This document shows positions 23,844-36,170 of a stretch of DNA of 64,000 nt, piece by piece. Source of the DNA: Anthoceros angustus (taxonomy: Eukaryota; Plantae; Anthocerotophyta). Within the stretch, counting starts at the first letter, position 1; each line of letters opens with the position of its first letter. The position numbers and the translations under genes were made by a program. Location: positions 795,478 to 859,477 of the forward strand of contig MU008154.1 in the NCBI GenBank assembly GCA_010909165.1, in the 5' to 3' direction. The notes below the pieces were generated by a model that ran no database searches, had not been told where the DNA came from, and saw only the letters and a program-made list of their open reading frames with translations.

Positions 23844-24939
23844 GGCGCCTTTCCCTTCTCCAAGTGCTTCAAAGGAAGGGAATTACTCTCCAATTTGAGA
23901 GCTTCAAAATTCCACACCTAAACGCACCCCTTCCTTATTGTGGCAACAACACTCACCCTACAACACACGTTAGCCCTGGCTTGAGTTCTCCAGCTGCTGC
24001 CAACCTCCTCTTTGTGGTTCTTCCTCCAGGACAGGGTGTCGTCAGCGAGGTGTCGCGATGTTCCTCCTGGCGTCCTTCCTTCCACAATCGCGAGGTCACA
24101 TGCGCCCCGACTTGGCGCCTCCCCGCCGCTTAGCACTCAGAACGCGCCTCGCCACCTCACGGTGTCAGAGAAGCTCCTCGTGTTCTAGAGCTTGGTGCCT
24201 GCCTCCTTTCTTCTTCCTTGCGCCTAGCTAGGGTTTCCTCTCTGCTCCATTTCATGCCCTCCCCTTGTTCGCAAGTCGGCGCGGTATGATGGTAGCCTCC
24301 CTTTCCTTCTTCTTCTCCTTCCTCTTACGCCCGCCTTCAAATTCATTGCAAGTGAAACACAATTCGGAGAGAAAGTTGGTGTTGCCCAAATGCACTTTGC
24401 CTTCCTTGGATGACTGCCACCTGGAGGCTTCACAGCCCTAGATTTGGTTCATCATTCTAAATTACCTAATCCTATCTAAACTGCCTACTTTCCTATCACT
24501 TGCCCGCTATCCCTAATTGATCGCTTGCTAATTACTCTATATATTTATTCCCCTATTGGTGGGCATATATAGTGGATATTCCCCCCTATTCTAATTCCCT
24601 TTACGGCGAGATCTCGTCATGACCTACCATGATGCGACCTACCGTGGTAATGCGCTCTTCACTCGACCCTCCGTGGTATGGCGACCTACGGCCAGTACAA
24701 TGCCACCTACCGCCCTTCGGGCTGCCTTCCTGTCTCATCTAGGGGTCATTTTGACCCGTTTCTTTTCCCCGGGATATCCTCCTTGCTTTCCCACCACTAC
24801 CCTACAACTCCAGCTTCAAAGAATTTAGAAGATTCTCGACATGATCCCCTTCAATCGATTTTAGCCAAAAAAAATCAAAAATCGTCCTTCCTCCAGCTCT
24901 TTTGGCCAAGCGTTGCCCAAACTTTTTACATTCCACATA

Positions 24940-25255
24940 ACTTGTAGGGTATTAGCATTAAAGCCCAATGTACTTAGACTAATACACTTAGTCTAAGTTA
25001 GGTGTCGATTAAGTATCATTAGTTTAGTGAAGCTAATCACTAGGAAGCTTCTTGTGCTCCTTCTAGGAGCTTCTTGTGGAGCTTCCTAGGAGCCCTATTG
25101 GAGGGTATAAATACCCTCAAGCCTCATCTCAAGGTGAGAGGCTACACTTGCCTCCTCCTCTCCTCTCCTCTTTCCCACCATCATGTGTTGCCACACGATC
25201 CTTTTGGTATGCCAGAGCCTTGGTTTGGTTGTGTTGTGATGCTAAATTTTCTAGT
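24940..25255 (+). repeat. LTR-like promoter fragment
   Basis: TATAAATACCC at ~25106 followed by a CT-rich tract, typical of plant LTRs; no second copy in the window. Confidence 0.4.
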
Positions 25256-25570
25256 GCGGTGGCGGCTCGTGGTGCAGTGATCCGGATCGCGGCGAGGCTG
25301 CCGCCGAAACGCGGCGACGCGGGAGGCCGTGGCGAGGCAAGGCTTCGGCGAGGCCGGCGCGGCCAGAGCCTTGCGAGGCAGCCGTCGGACACGAGCGGGG
25401 CGTGGAAGCGCCCGGCAGGCGGCAGCGAAGGCGGCACGGGCAGCTACGCCCGGCGCGGCAGCGGCAGCCGTCGTGGCGGCGGCCCCGTGAGGCGCGCGCC
25501 GCCGCGGCCTTGAGGCGCCGAGCCGCAGGCCGCCGCGCGGCAGCGCGCCCGAGCCCGCGCCGAGCCTNAT
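25256..25570. other. Extremely GC-rich low-complexity stretch ending at an N; probable low-quality contig join
   Basis: Abrupt compositional shift, an ambiguous base near 25568, and a similar patch at ~26090-26290. Confidence 0.6.
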
Positions 25571-26459
25571 TGTAACACATTTCCCAACTCCGAATGGGTT
25601 CCTCCGCTATGACATCCCAAGATTGGTGGCTTGCTTTCGCGCTTGTTGCATTGCTAGCTTCACACTACAAGCTCCAATGATACCGTGTTTGCCGACCGAT
25701 GTAAACGATCTAGTCTCGAAACCCCTGCTAAAATGTGCCCAAGTGAATTTTTGTTTTTTTCAAAGTGGTGTGAAAATAAGTCGATTGATAGAGTTGGGGA
25801 TATTCATAGTAAAAATGTCCTTGGCCTATGGAGTTCTTTTTGTTTTATTGCCTAGGTTAGAAAATAAATGGTCCGGAATTTGGTGTTCCTTGGCCCATGG
25901 ACTCGGAATGTTCCCAAAAAAGTCTATATATGTGAGATAGGGGGTTGGAATAATTAGAGTCTATAAGTTGGGGTCGACCGACGGTAGCCGAATGAGTGTG
26001 AGGTTGTGGATTGGGATGTGGAAGCGAGGTCTAACAGAGTAGGGGAACCCGGGAAACTTAACCCTAGGAAATGATGTAATCCTGCTCAAACAACGGAGCG
26101 CAACGCGGGCCGGACGGGAGAGCGCGGAGCGCGACGACGGGCGCGACGTCGAGGAGCCGTGGTCCGGGGCACCGTGATCGCAGGAGGCGCGAGGCGCAAC
26201 GACGGGAAGGAGCTCAACCCCCGCATCGCGAGGCGCGACGCAGAGGAGGAAGGCGCGCGCATGCGGCCTTGCCGAGGAGGTAGGAACTCGAGACCGACCT
26301 CCGTGAAATTCGCAGGTGGCGTTGTGGCGCGAGACCGTGAAGACCGTGAGAGGATGGCCAAGGTCACCACCGAAATTTTGCCCAATGGCCGAACATGGAT
26401 CATTGGAAAGTTCGAGCTGGGAGTCGAAGGAGTCAAGCCGGGTTTCATGGGCGCCAGCA

Positions 26460-29400
26460 CCCCTGCAACCTTCAACGAAGAAAGCCTTTTGTGAGAGGTT
26501 CAGGGGGATAGATGTAGAAGGCTACGTGTTGTCAAAGTTGGGGTCTTTGAGGGGAAGAAGGAAGGAGACCTTGCAGGCTTATGTTGAGAGGTTTCATAGC
26601 TTGCGTGACCGTAGTGGCCCTCACTCTGACTTACAGGCCATTCGGTGGTTTGCTAAAGGTTTAGGTCCCGAGATGGGCCGACATGTGAGGCTGCAAGCGG
26701 AGAAGGACGTAGACAAGGCCATCAAGGCGGCACTCAACTACAAAGAATCCAACTCCTTGGACAGGAAGAAGCACAAGAAGGAAAAGAGCAAGAAGAAGAA
26801 GAAGTCCAAGCGAGGGAAGAAGAAAAAGGGATCTTCGTCGTCGGAGGAAGATTCTTCAGAGGAGGGTGACTCCTCTCAAGATTCAGACTCGGAGGACTCT
26901 TCCTCGGAGGATGGCAGCATGGAGGAAGAATCCTCGGAGGCAGTCGGCCAAGAGGCAGAAGAAGAAGAAGGTTGACATCGCTAAGAAGAAACCGAGGCTC
27001 GAGGATCAAGGGAGCTGGCGGGGCTAAACAAGAGGTTGCTAGTGCCAAGAAGGAAGTGGAACAAGTCAAGAAGGAGGCTGAAGCAGTGAAGAAGGTGTGA
27101 CAAGAAGCGAAGATGGAGGAAATGATGAGCAAATTCGAGAAGTTTCACCTCAACGTGAAGGAGCATGAGAAGAGGAGAGTGCATCCGATTGCTCGGGCTA
27201 ACTGTTTTGTTCCACTTGTGTGGCCACACAAGTCAACATCATGTGGCCAAGGTGCACATGCTCGCCTACGAGGAGGAGGAAGAAGCCTGGCCAGTGGAGG
27301 ATACCTACCAGATCCAGGAGGTTTCCCAAGGACAACAGTATCCCAAGATTGTCCATCCGTCGATGCTGCGAAATCCCATGGGGGCTGGCATTCGTAACAA
27401 CCAAGTGCCCAGGGTTGCTAACCAAGCAACTGGTGTGGTTCAGTGCTACAACTGTAGAGGCTTTGGGCACTATGTGAATAGCTGTCCATCAGCCACAAGA
27501 CAGGCCAATGGTGACTACGAATGGCTGTGCCAAGACTGCAAACAACAGGGTCATGTGGCGGGGAGTGTCACTTGCCCAAACCCAAGGAAGGATTCAATTG
27601 CTCAACCACACATGGGAGTTGACAGCACCTCAAGGCTTGCGACCATGCACGTGGAGGATGCCCTTATGGGTGTTTGGGAGGATGCGGAAGCCATGGTGTT
27701 GCGGAGCTAGATGGGTGGGGGTGGGGAGACTACTACGGAGATCTGACCATGTGCGCACTAGGAGTGAAAAGCTAGGAGGAAGGCTGCGGAAGAAGAAAGA
27801 GCGGAGGTGGAATCGGCCACAAAGTCTGAAGAGAGCACTCCAAGCACGGAGGAGCGGATCTGGAGGAGACACTTGAGAAGGAGAACCCAGGAAGGAAGAA
27901 TCAAGGAGTGAATCGCACAGGGGGCCATCTTTGGAGAAAAGAAGTTCCAGCAAAAGGGAGAGGAAACCCGGAGTTTCCACCGGACGTGCGCCGGGAAGTC
28001 ATGGAGATGATAGAGGAGGAATTGACCAAGACAGCTGAAACTGCTGAGCCTGTGATCCTGGAGACTGCAGAAAGTCCTCCTCAGTTAGCAACCGCCGTTG
28101 CTAAGCAAGCAACCGCCGACGTTGTTGCTAAGGGGGCAACCGCGACTGTTGGGAAGAAGGAGGGACTGACTGGAGGACCATTTAACCTTGCTGAAGCCAT
28201 CATGGATCAGCAATTTGCCATCACGTTTGGTCAACTATTGAAGGACAACCCACAGGCAACAAGTTCGCAGGGCCTTGCAAGAAGCGCAACCCAAGAGGAA
28301 GAGGCGATTGCCCAAGCCGGGACCAAGGTGCGGACCCCTGATCAACCTAGTGTCCATGATAGACCAAGGCGGCGGGCTGAAGTGGAGATCAGTGTCATCA
28401 AGCGGGTTCCCTTGGATCACGGATCCGGGGTGAACATCATGACGGAAGGATAGCGAGGAAGCTTGGGTTGGACATTGAGCATACCACCAAGGTCTTGAGA
28501 TTGGTGACATGTCAAAATGCACTGTGGGAGGCGAAGGAGTAACCACCATCATAGGGACCATTCCCTATGTCATGGACTATGTGGTTATCCGGCTGGGCGC
28601 GGTCGACATACTATTGGGGAGGACTGGTGTATGGCTCAAGATGCAAGATGACTTGGGGGAGGAAGGAAGTGGCTTTTAAGCCAATGGATTGGGACCCCAA
28701 GACAAAGGAGGGCCGAATGTGTTTGAGTTGGAGCGGGGATACCTCTTGTGGGGAGACTCCTCTGACGGAAGGATACACATCGGTGGAGAAACATCGACTG
28801 GAGGAAGAAGGAGAAATTGGACAAGTTTCCTTTTGCACATATCGCATGGTCGGATGAGGAGGAGGAGTATAGGAGGGACATCCTTACTCCCTCAATCTAG
28901 TGGGCTTTGGTTTCATGGAGGCTGTGAGAGGTGGAGGGTGCTAAGACTTGCGTTGATTGAGGCGGTTGCTAAGGAAGCAATCAAAGGCGGTTGCTAAGGA
29001 AGGGCGAGGGCAGTCGTGAAAGGGAAGCCCTTGGGATGGTGTATTCAATGAGAAGGTGGAGTGTGATCAAGAAGATCATTTTCGGATGAAGCTTTCTTCT
29101 TTGGAGGAGGATGAGGAGAGTGCTAGGCCCAATGCCAAGTTGGTGAAGCAGTACATCACCAAATGAGAAGGGAGGAGAAGTTTTGCAGGCTGACCTGAGG
29201 AGGTCTTTCATTTTTAGTCGGATACCACAGACTGTCACAATATGAAGGTTGTTCCTATACTTCTCCAGACTGTTAGCGGAGACAAAACTGGTAGGGCAGA
29301 TGGAGTTGAGAGGTTGTGGGTCAAGGATGGTCAAGGACCGGGTTCTCGCCTTGCATGAGGAGGAGGCCGGAGGTCACTATGCCGCCAACGTGACCGTAAG

Positions 29401-29951
29401 AAGATCTTGGAGGTGGTATTGGTGGCCAACCTTGCACGATGCTAGGGAGTTCATCAAGCTGCCAGGATGCATGTCAAAGGGTTGGGAAGCCAACTAGGAC
29501 CACACAAGGGCCATTGGTCCCTATCCTAGCCTTGGCGCCTTCGAGAAGTGGGGATTGACCCGTTGGGCGATTGTTAAGACCAAGGAGCAATCAATATATT
29601 CCGTAGCAACGACCACTGCACTGCATGTTGGAAGCTCAAGCCTTGCCCGGACACAAAGAAATGTGGTGGCGTTCTGCTTGAGCACATCATCACAAGGTAC
29701 GGGTGCCCGTTGGAACTGGTTAGCGACAGGAGTACCCATTTCATCAACGAGGTGATCTCACACATGGTGGAGTACTTCAACGTCAGCCACAGGAAGACCA
29801 CCCCCTACAACCCCAAGGCGAATGGACTCACGGAGAAAGCTAATGGGTTGCTTTGCAGGATCCTCAACAAGTTGATCATCACCTACACCTACGATTGGGA
29901 CCGGAAGCTTCACTCCGCCAGGGCGATGTGATAGCGGAGAAGGTGACCACA
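26460..29951 (+). mobile_element. Athila-like gag-pol copy (same family as 44157-51700), RT and most RNase H deleted, integrase truncated
   Basis: Gag (ETLQAYVERF, Lys- and Ser/acidic block, knuckles CYNCRGFGHYVNSC and CQDCKQQGH), protease LDHGSG, integrase HEEEAGGHY...FEKWG...SDRSTHF...YNPKANGLTE. Confidence 0.9.
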
Positions 29952-30490
29952 CCCTACTAGAAAAGGGCACCCTATGTTACACTTTATGTTAAGATTTGGA
30001 CCCTGGATGTAACACTCATGTTGCAATTTTGGGGTCATGTAACACTTTTTGGGCCCCTTGTTACACTTTGGCTTGGAAACCATACCACGGCTGTTGTTGC
30101 AATCATGTTGCAATGGTGTTGCAATTATGTTAAGATGAAGTGAGAGGTGGTTTTGCCCTCTCTCAAAATTGCAACATGATTGCAACATCTAAAGTGTTAC
30201 AAGAGAGGTCTTGTAACACTTTTGGAGGCTTGACCGAACCTCCTCCCCATCCACCATTGCCCTTTTACTTTTGCCCTTTGAAATACCACGTTGTTGCAAT
30301 CATGTTGCAATGGTGTTGCAATTATGTTAAGATGAAGTGAGAGGTGGTTTTGCCCTCTCTCAAAATTGCAACATGATTGCAACATCTAAAGTGTTACAAG
30401 AGAGGTCTTGTAACACTTTTGGAGGCTTGGTACCGAACCTCCTCCCCATCCACCATTGCCCTTTTACTTTTGCCCTTTGAAATACCACGC
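29952..30490 (+). mobile_element. Probable CACTA/EnSpm-like terminus with subterminal repeats
   Basis: CCCTACTAGAAAA begins where the integrase stops, followed by many TGTTACAC/GTAACAC/TGTTGCAA motifs in both orientations; ~195-bp near-exact duplication at 30095-30488. No transposase or matching second end identified. Confidence 0.55.
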
Positions 30491-31414
30491 TTTTACTTGG
30501 TAGTTACCACATACGCCTTCAATACGACCATATAAATACGTATCAATACATCCTTGTACTATACGCATGTAGTCTACGTGATAAATGTAATGTATTATTC
30601 TAAGTGCTATACTGTATTCAATTTCATATAAAATAAGTTTGTATATACACATACGCATAATCGTCCGTATATATTCATGGTAATGATACTTTGTATTTAC
30701 TATACGTGTAAATAGCGACCCTTTATACCCCTACTTTATAGCATGTCTTGCGGTTTGTCCTTCCCACGTCAACAATAGCCATCGCTTCCGCCATGGCGCC
30801 CAAGAAGATATTGTCCCCACCTATCACCTTATTGTGACGATCACGTGAGGTTATGCCCTACAAGATTGTCTTTGCGGAGGAGATTTGGTATGCGCTGGCT
30901 TATGCTTTTCGCCTCCATGTAAGGCACTTCCTACTCGTCATCGTATGCACCTACAGAAACTTCCGCCTCCCGCTCGATTCGCAATTTTCTTCCCTCCCAC
31001 TTGCGTTGAGGCAAGCTTTGCCACTTCCTCCGCTTCCTCCTCGCCTCGCAGCACACATTGCACATACAAACCAGCATGGCGTCATGAGTTATCCAGTTAA
31101 TGGGTTTCACAAGATTGTCCATTTGCCTTACCTTCCGCCCTCCTCTTTTCTTACGCCCTTCTTGCTGGACATTTTCCTCTTCCGTCCTCCTTCCCCGCCG
31201 CAGCCTGTCTCACTTGCCCACCGCCGCCGCCCTCTACTCCTCCTCCTCCTCTTCTCTCCACCCTTTATCACGGTGGCATTGCCTCAACTGGGCTCCACTA
31301 TGTGTCCATGCTCTGATCCGAGGCGCAAGGTATGTGTCCGCAAATTAGGCACATCGTCCTCTTCAAGACTCCTCCTCTGCTGCGTCCATGTTCTCTGCAG
31401 CGTCCCCACGCCTC

Positions 31415-32600
31415 CATCGCATTGGCCTTTTGCCGATATCAAGCACTGTTGCCCTCTTAGTCCTCCTTCATTCTCTCTCCTCGACATGCCTCATGTTCGT
31501 TCTGCGCCTTTTGCCCCCCACCATGGCTGCTGGGTGATCCACTCGTCCTCCGCCACCCGCTCCTCCTAGTCCCCGCGATTTTTGGCTGTCCATAGTGCAC
31601 ACAAGTGTGTTTCTTCGTGACGGTTGGTTGCCCTCCGTGCTCCACCACCCGACTCCCCGCCTCCACACCTTGTTCCGCCTCCATCGGCGTCACTCCATCT
31701 CGATCCCAACGGCCTCCACCCTCCCCATACATGGTCACACTGGCCTCGGCACCCTCCACCTCTTTTCCATTATTTGCTTGCCCACCGACCCTCGTTGCCT
31801 CCATTGACCCCAATCCTGGGCATGCCCCACCAACCCTAGGCAATCGTGGTGTCGCGGGCACCACAATATCGCCCACACTGCCACTCGGTTCCCTCCACCG
31901 CCTCCCTCCTGCATGCTTCCTCAAGACCGCTCCCTGCCTCCACTTCCCGCTCCTTGTTCATCGTCGCCTTTCCCCATTCAAAGTCCTTGTCCCTCGCCCC
32001 TCGGCCTCCATCTGCATTGGCCTTTATCATTGGCCTGCACATGTTGCCCTCTTAGTCCTCCTTCATTCTCTCTCCTCGACATCCGCCTCATGTTCGTTCT
32101 GCGCCTTTTGCCCCGCCCACCATGGCTGCTGGGTGATCCACTCTGCCCCCTCCGCCACCCGCTCCTCCTAGTCCCCTGCGATTTTTGGCTGTCCATAGTG
32201 CACACAAGTGTGTTTCTTCCCGTGACGTTGCCCTCCGTGCTCCACCACCCGACTCCCCGCCTCCACACACCTTGTTCCCGCCTCCATCGGCGTCACTCCA
32301 TCTCGATCCCAACGGCCTCCACCCTCCCCATACATGGCGTCACTGGCGGTCTCGGGCACCCTCCACCTCTTTTCCATTATTTGCTTGCTGCCCACGACCC
32401 TCGTTGCCTCCATTGACCCCAATCCTGCATGCGCCCAACCCTAGGCAATCGTGGTGTCGGGCACCATCGCCCACACGCCACCTCGGTTCCCCCTCCACGC
32501 CTCCCTCCTGCATGCTTCCTCAAGACTCACCGCCTCCACTTCCCGCTCCTTGTTCATCGCCGCTTTCCCCATTCAAAGTCCTGTCCCTCGCCCCTCCGGC
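31415..32600. repeat. ~610-bp imperfect tandem duplication
   Basis: 31445-32040 repeats from ~32043; differences are mostly indels. Confidence 0.85.
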
Positions 32601-32659
32601 CTCCTTCCTCCCAAGCCCCTTCCGCGCCATGCATTCCTTGATAGCCTCTCATCGTCCAT

Positions 32660-35600
32660 GTCACCACCTCGTGCCATCGTTGCCTCCACCCTTCCTTCCG
32701 TCTCGGAAAGGCCACCATATCGGGATCCATCTTCAATTCAATGTCGTTAAGCAAAATGGTCATTTCCTTGTTCTCCTTGCAATAGCCGAACCTCTAGGAT
32801 CTTTTCATACACTCCCTATCTTACTCTTGAAGGAACTCAGGCAGAACCCCACTATCGCCCCTTTCACGATTTCCACCCTTTCCCTTCTAGCAATCACCGT
32901 CCCTCGAAGGTTGCCTCCCTTGTCTCAAGCTTGAGCTGCCGGCATGCGGTGCACATGTGTTACCGTTTGTCCACCATGCCCACTCATCGGCTGCAAACTT
33001 GAGCGTGTGCACACTTTGCGTCACTTGCCGTCTTGGTGCGAAACCCACCTCATCCAGCGAAATAGCTCTTCATCTATTTCCTTCACTTCGCATGCTCCAA
33101 CTCCGCATCCGTCCTGGGAGGTTCCACGTCTCAAAGTCGTCAAAATCAAGTGGGCTCGGCGACCATGTCCCTCGCCTCTTCTCGGTGAGTCTTGAGGCGC
33201 TTCTTCACATCGCCGATGTCGAATGGAGACCCGGGTGCGGTGGATGAGCGAGATAGCCCGAGGCCATTTGGCCCCTCATCCTCCCCACCCGGATCATTAC
33301 GTGCGCCGGCCGCGCCCGTGTTATTTCGCCCGTCGTGACTCCCTAGCAAGCTTCACCTCGCCATACTCCCCATCCTGCGAACGGTTGTCCACCACCTTCG
33401 TGCCATCTTTGCAATGGCTTCCCTCTCAGTGAAAGGTGCCGGGCCATGAGTCCGGTGCCGAATTCAAGGCTGCTATTTTGAAAAAGCTTTGTTTGCAAAG
33501 GCCGGTGGTTGTCATTTACTCCTCTTGGCGGACGGATGCACATGCTACTTGCCCATAATCGAACAATTTTCGACCACAACCTTGAGACTTGGGAGCAAGT
33601 TTCATGTCCCATTAGTTCTGTTGTCGTTACTCATGATGTATTATATTGCCCACATGGCGCACTCTCAATGCGCCCATTCGCATTTACCATTAATCATCGT
33701 CTTCCACGACCAAAGATTGCCTTGTGCATCCGGGAGGAGACAATAGACTATAATGCAAACCAATCACCATACATGATTTATTCCACTTTCAGACGCGTGA
33801 CTCGAGTAGCGTGCGCAAAGGGTGACTTGTCATGTCCGGTCAACGGTATGGACGGGCACCAAACCATACCCATCCATTCCGCCAAAGACAGTCATCGAGT
33901 TTTATTGCGTGACGGGGGAAGTACAAGTAGTGATCAAGGATGAAGGACTTTCCCATCCCAATGTTTAATTACTAGCATATGTCCCCACATTGTGAGGTAT
34001 AAGTCCACTGCTCCACGGCTGCGTGCCCGAGCGGCAGAGCCAAGGATGGCGGCCCTCCATACCAGTCCTTGATGGCCGAGGGAGAGCAACCTCCCCATCC
34101 ATCATCCTCGATGGCCATCGTCATTGAATTGTGCTTGTCCTTAATGGCCATCGTCGGTTTCCACCACGGGCAACAATAATGTGCACACACGCAATGATCC
34201 ACAAGCAGACACATATCGAGCGGTGAGCGGCGGTTTTGACTTATCGGATTCCACAAACACTTTAGCTGCAGCATGGACTTGTAGGTAGGCGAATAGGGCC
34301 AAAAAGTGTTCACATCCGGCCTCACGGTGAACCCCCAGCCATACCGTGTGTGGTCACGAACACCATGCCCGCACCATGTGGAAGGAACCACCTCGCACCA
34401 TCGTTGCCTCCCACCCCTTCCTTCCGTCTCGGAAAGGCCACCATATCGGATCCATCTTCAATTCAATGTCGTTAAGCAAAATGGTCATTTCCTTGTTCTC
34501 CTTGCAATAGCTCGAACCTCTAGGATCTTTTCATACACTCCCTATCTTACCTGAAGGAACTCGAGGCACGTAACCCCACTATCGCCTTTCACGATTTCCA
34601 CCCTTTCCCTTCTAGCAATCACCGCCACCGTCCCTCGAAGGTTGCCTCCCTTGTCTCCAAGCTTGAACGCCGCATGCGGTGCACATGTGTTACCGTTTGT
34701 CCACCATGCCCACTCATCCGGCTGCAAACTTGAGCGTGTGCACACTTTGCCGTCACTTGCCATTAACGCAGTCTGCGAAACCCACCTCATCCAATGTAAA
34801 TAGCTCTTCATCTATTTCCTTCACTTGACGCAGGTGCTCCAACTCCGCATCCGTCGGGCCGGGAGGTTCCACGTCTCAAAGTCGTCAAAATCAAGTCCGG
34901 GCTCACCATGTCGCCTCGCCTCTTACCTCACGACTGCCTTCGACGAGGAGGCCGCTTCACATCGCCGAATGGAGACCCGGGTGCGGTGGATGAGCGAGAT
35001 AGCCCGAGGCCATTTGGCCCCTCATCCTCCCCACCTGACATACGGCAACGCCCGTCCGACTATGGTGTTCGCAGCTTCACGTGACTCCCTAGCAAGCTTC
35101 ACCTCGCCATACTCCCCATCCTGCGAACCGGTTGTCCACCACCTTCGTGCATGTCAAGGCAATGGCTTCCTCTCGTGAAAGGTGCCGGGCCATGAGTCCC
35201 GCCGAATTCAAGGCTGCTATTTTGAAAAAGCTTTGTTTGCAAAGGCCCGGTTGTCATTTACTCCTCTTGGCCGGAGAGATCAGTGCACATGCTACTTGCC
35301 CATAATCAACAATTTTCGACCACAACCTTGAGACTTGGGAGCAAGTTTCATGTCCCATTGGTTACGTCAGACGTCATGATGTATTATATTGCCCACATGG
35401 CGCACCGCTCTCAATGCGCCATTCCGCATTTTACCATTAATCATCGCCTTCCACGACCAAAGATTGCCTTGTGCATCCAGGAGGGAGGAGACAATAGACT
35501 ATAGCATTGTGCAAACCAATCACCATACATGATTTATTCCACTTTCAGCACGCGTGACTCAGAAGTGACGTGCGCAAAGGGTGACTTGTCATGTCTGGTC

Positions 35601-36170
35601 AACGGTATGGACGGGCACCAAACCATACCCATCCATTCCGCCAAGCAGACAAGACAGGTCATCGAGTTTTATTGCGTGACAGCATGGGAAGTACAAGTAG
35701 TGATCAAGGATGAAGGACTTTCCCATCCCAATGTTTAATTACGGTAAGCATATGTCCCCACATTGTGAGGTATAAACCGTCCCCACACGATCGCTGCCCG
35801 AGACGGAAGAGCCAAGGGACGACCCTCCATACCAGTCCTTGATGGCCGACGAGGGAGAGCAACCTCCCATCCATCATCCTCGATGGCCATCCATTGATGT
35901 GTGGAATTGCAGCCCTTGTCCTTAATGGCCATCGTCGGTTTCCACCAGTGCAACAATAATGTGCACACACGCAATGATCCACAAACACATGTCGCAAATG
36001 AAGGCGGTTTTGACTTATCGGATTCCACAAACACTTTAGCTGCAGGCATGGACTTGTAGGTAGGCGAATAGGGCCAAAAAGTGTTCACATCCGGCCTCAC
36101 GAACCCCCAGCCATACCGTGTGTGTGGTCACGAACACCATGCCCGCACCATGTGGAAGGAACCACCTCGC
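32660..36170. repeat. ~1.73-kb imperfect tandem duplication
   Basis: 32663-34390 repeats at 34388-36165. Confidence 0.9.

Noticed and set aside
25076-25580. Arg/Ala/Gly-rich ORFs
   Set aside because: They arise from the GC-rich low-quality stretch next to the N.
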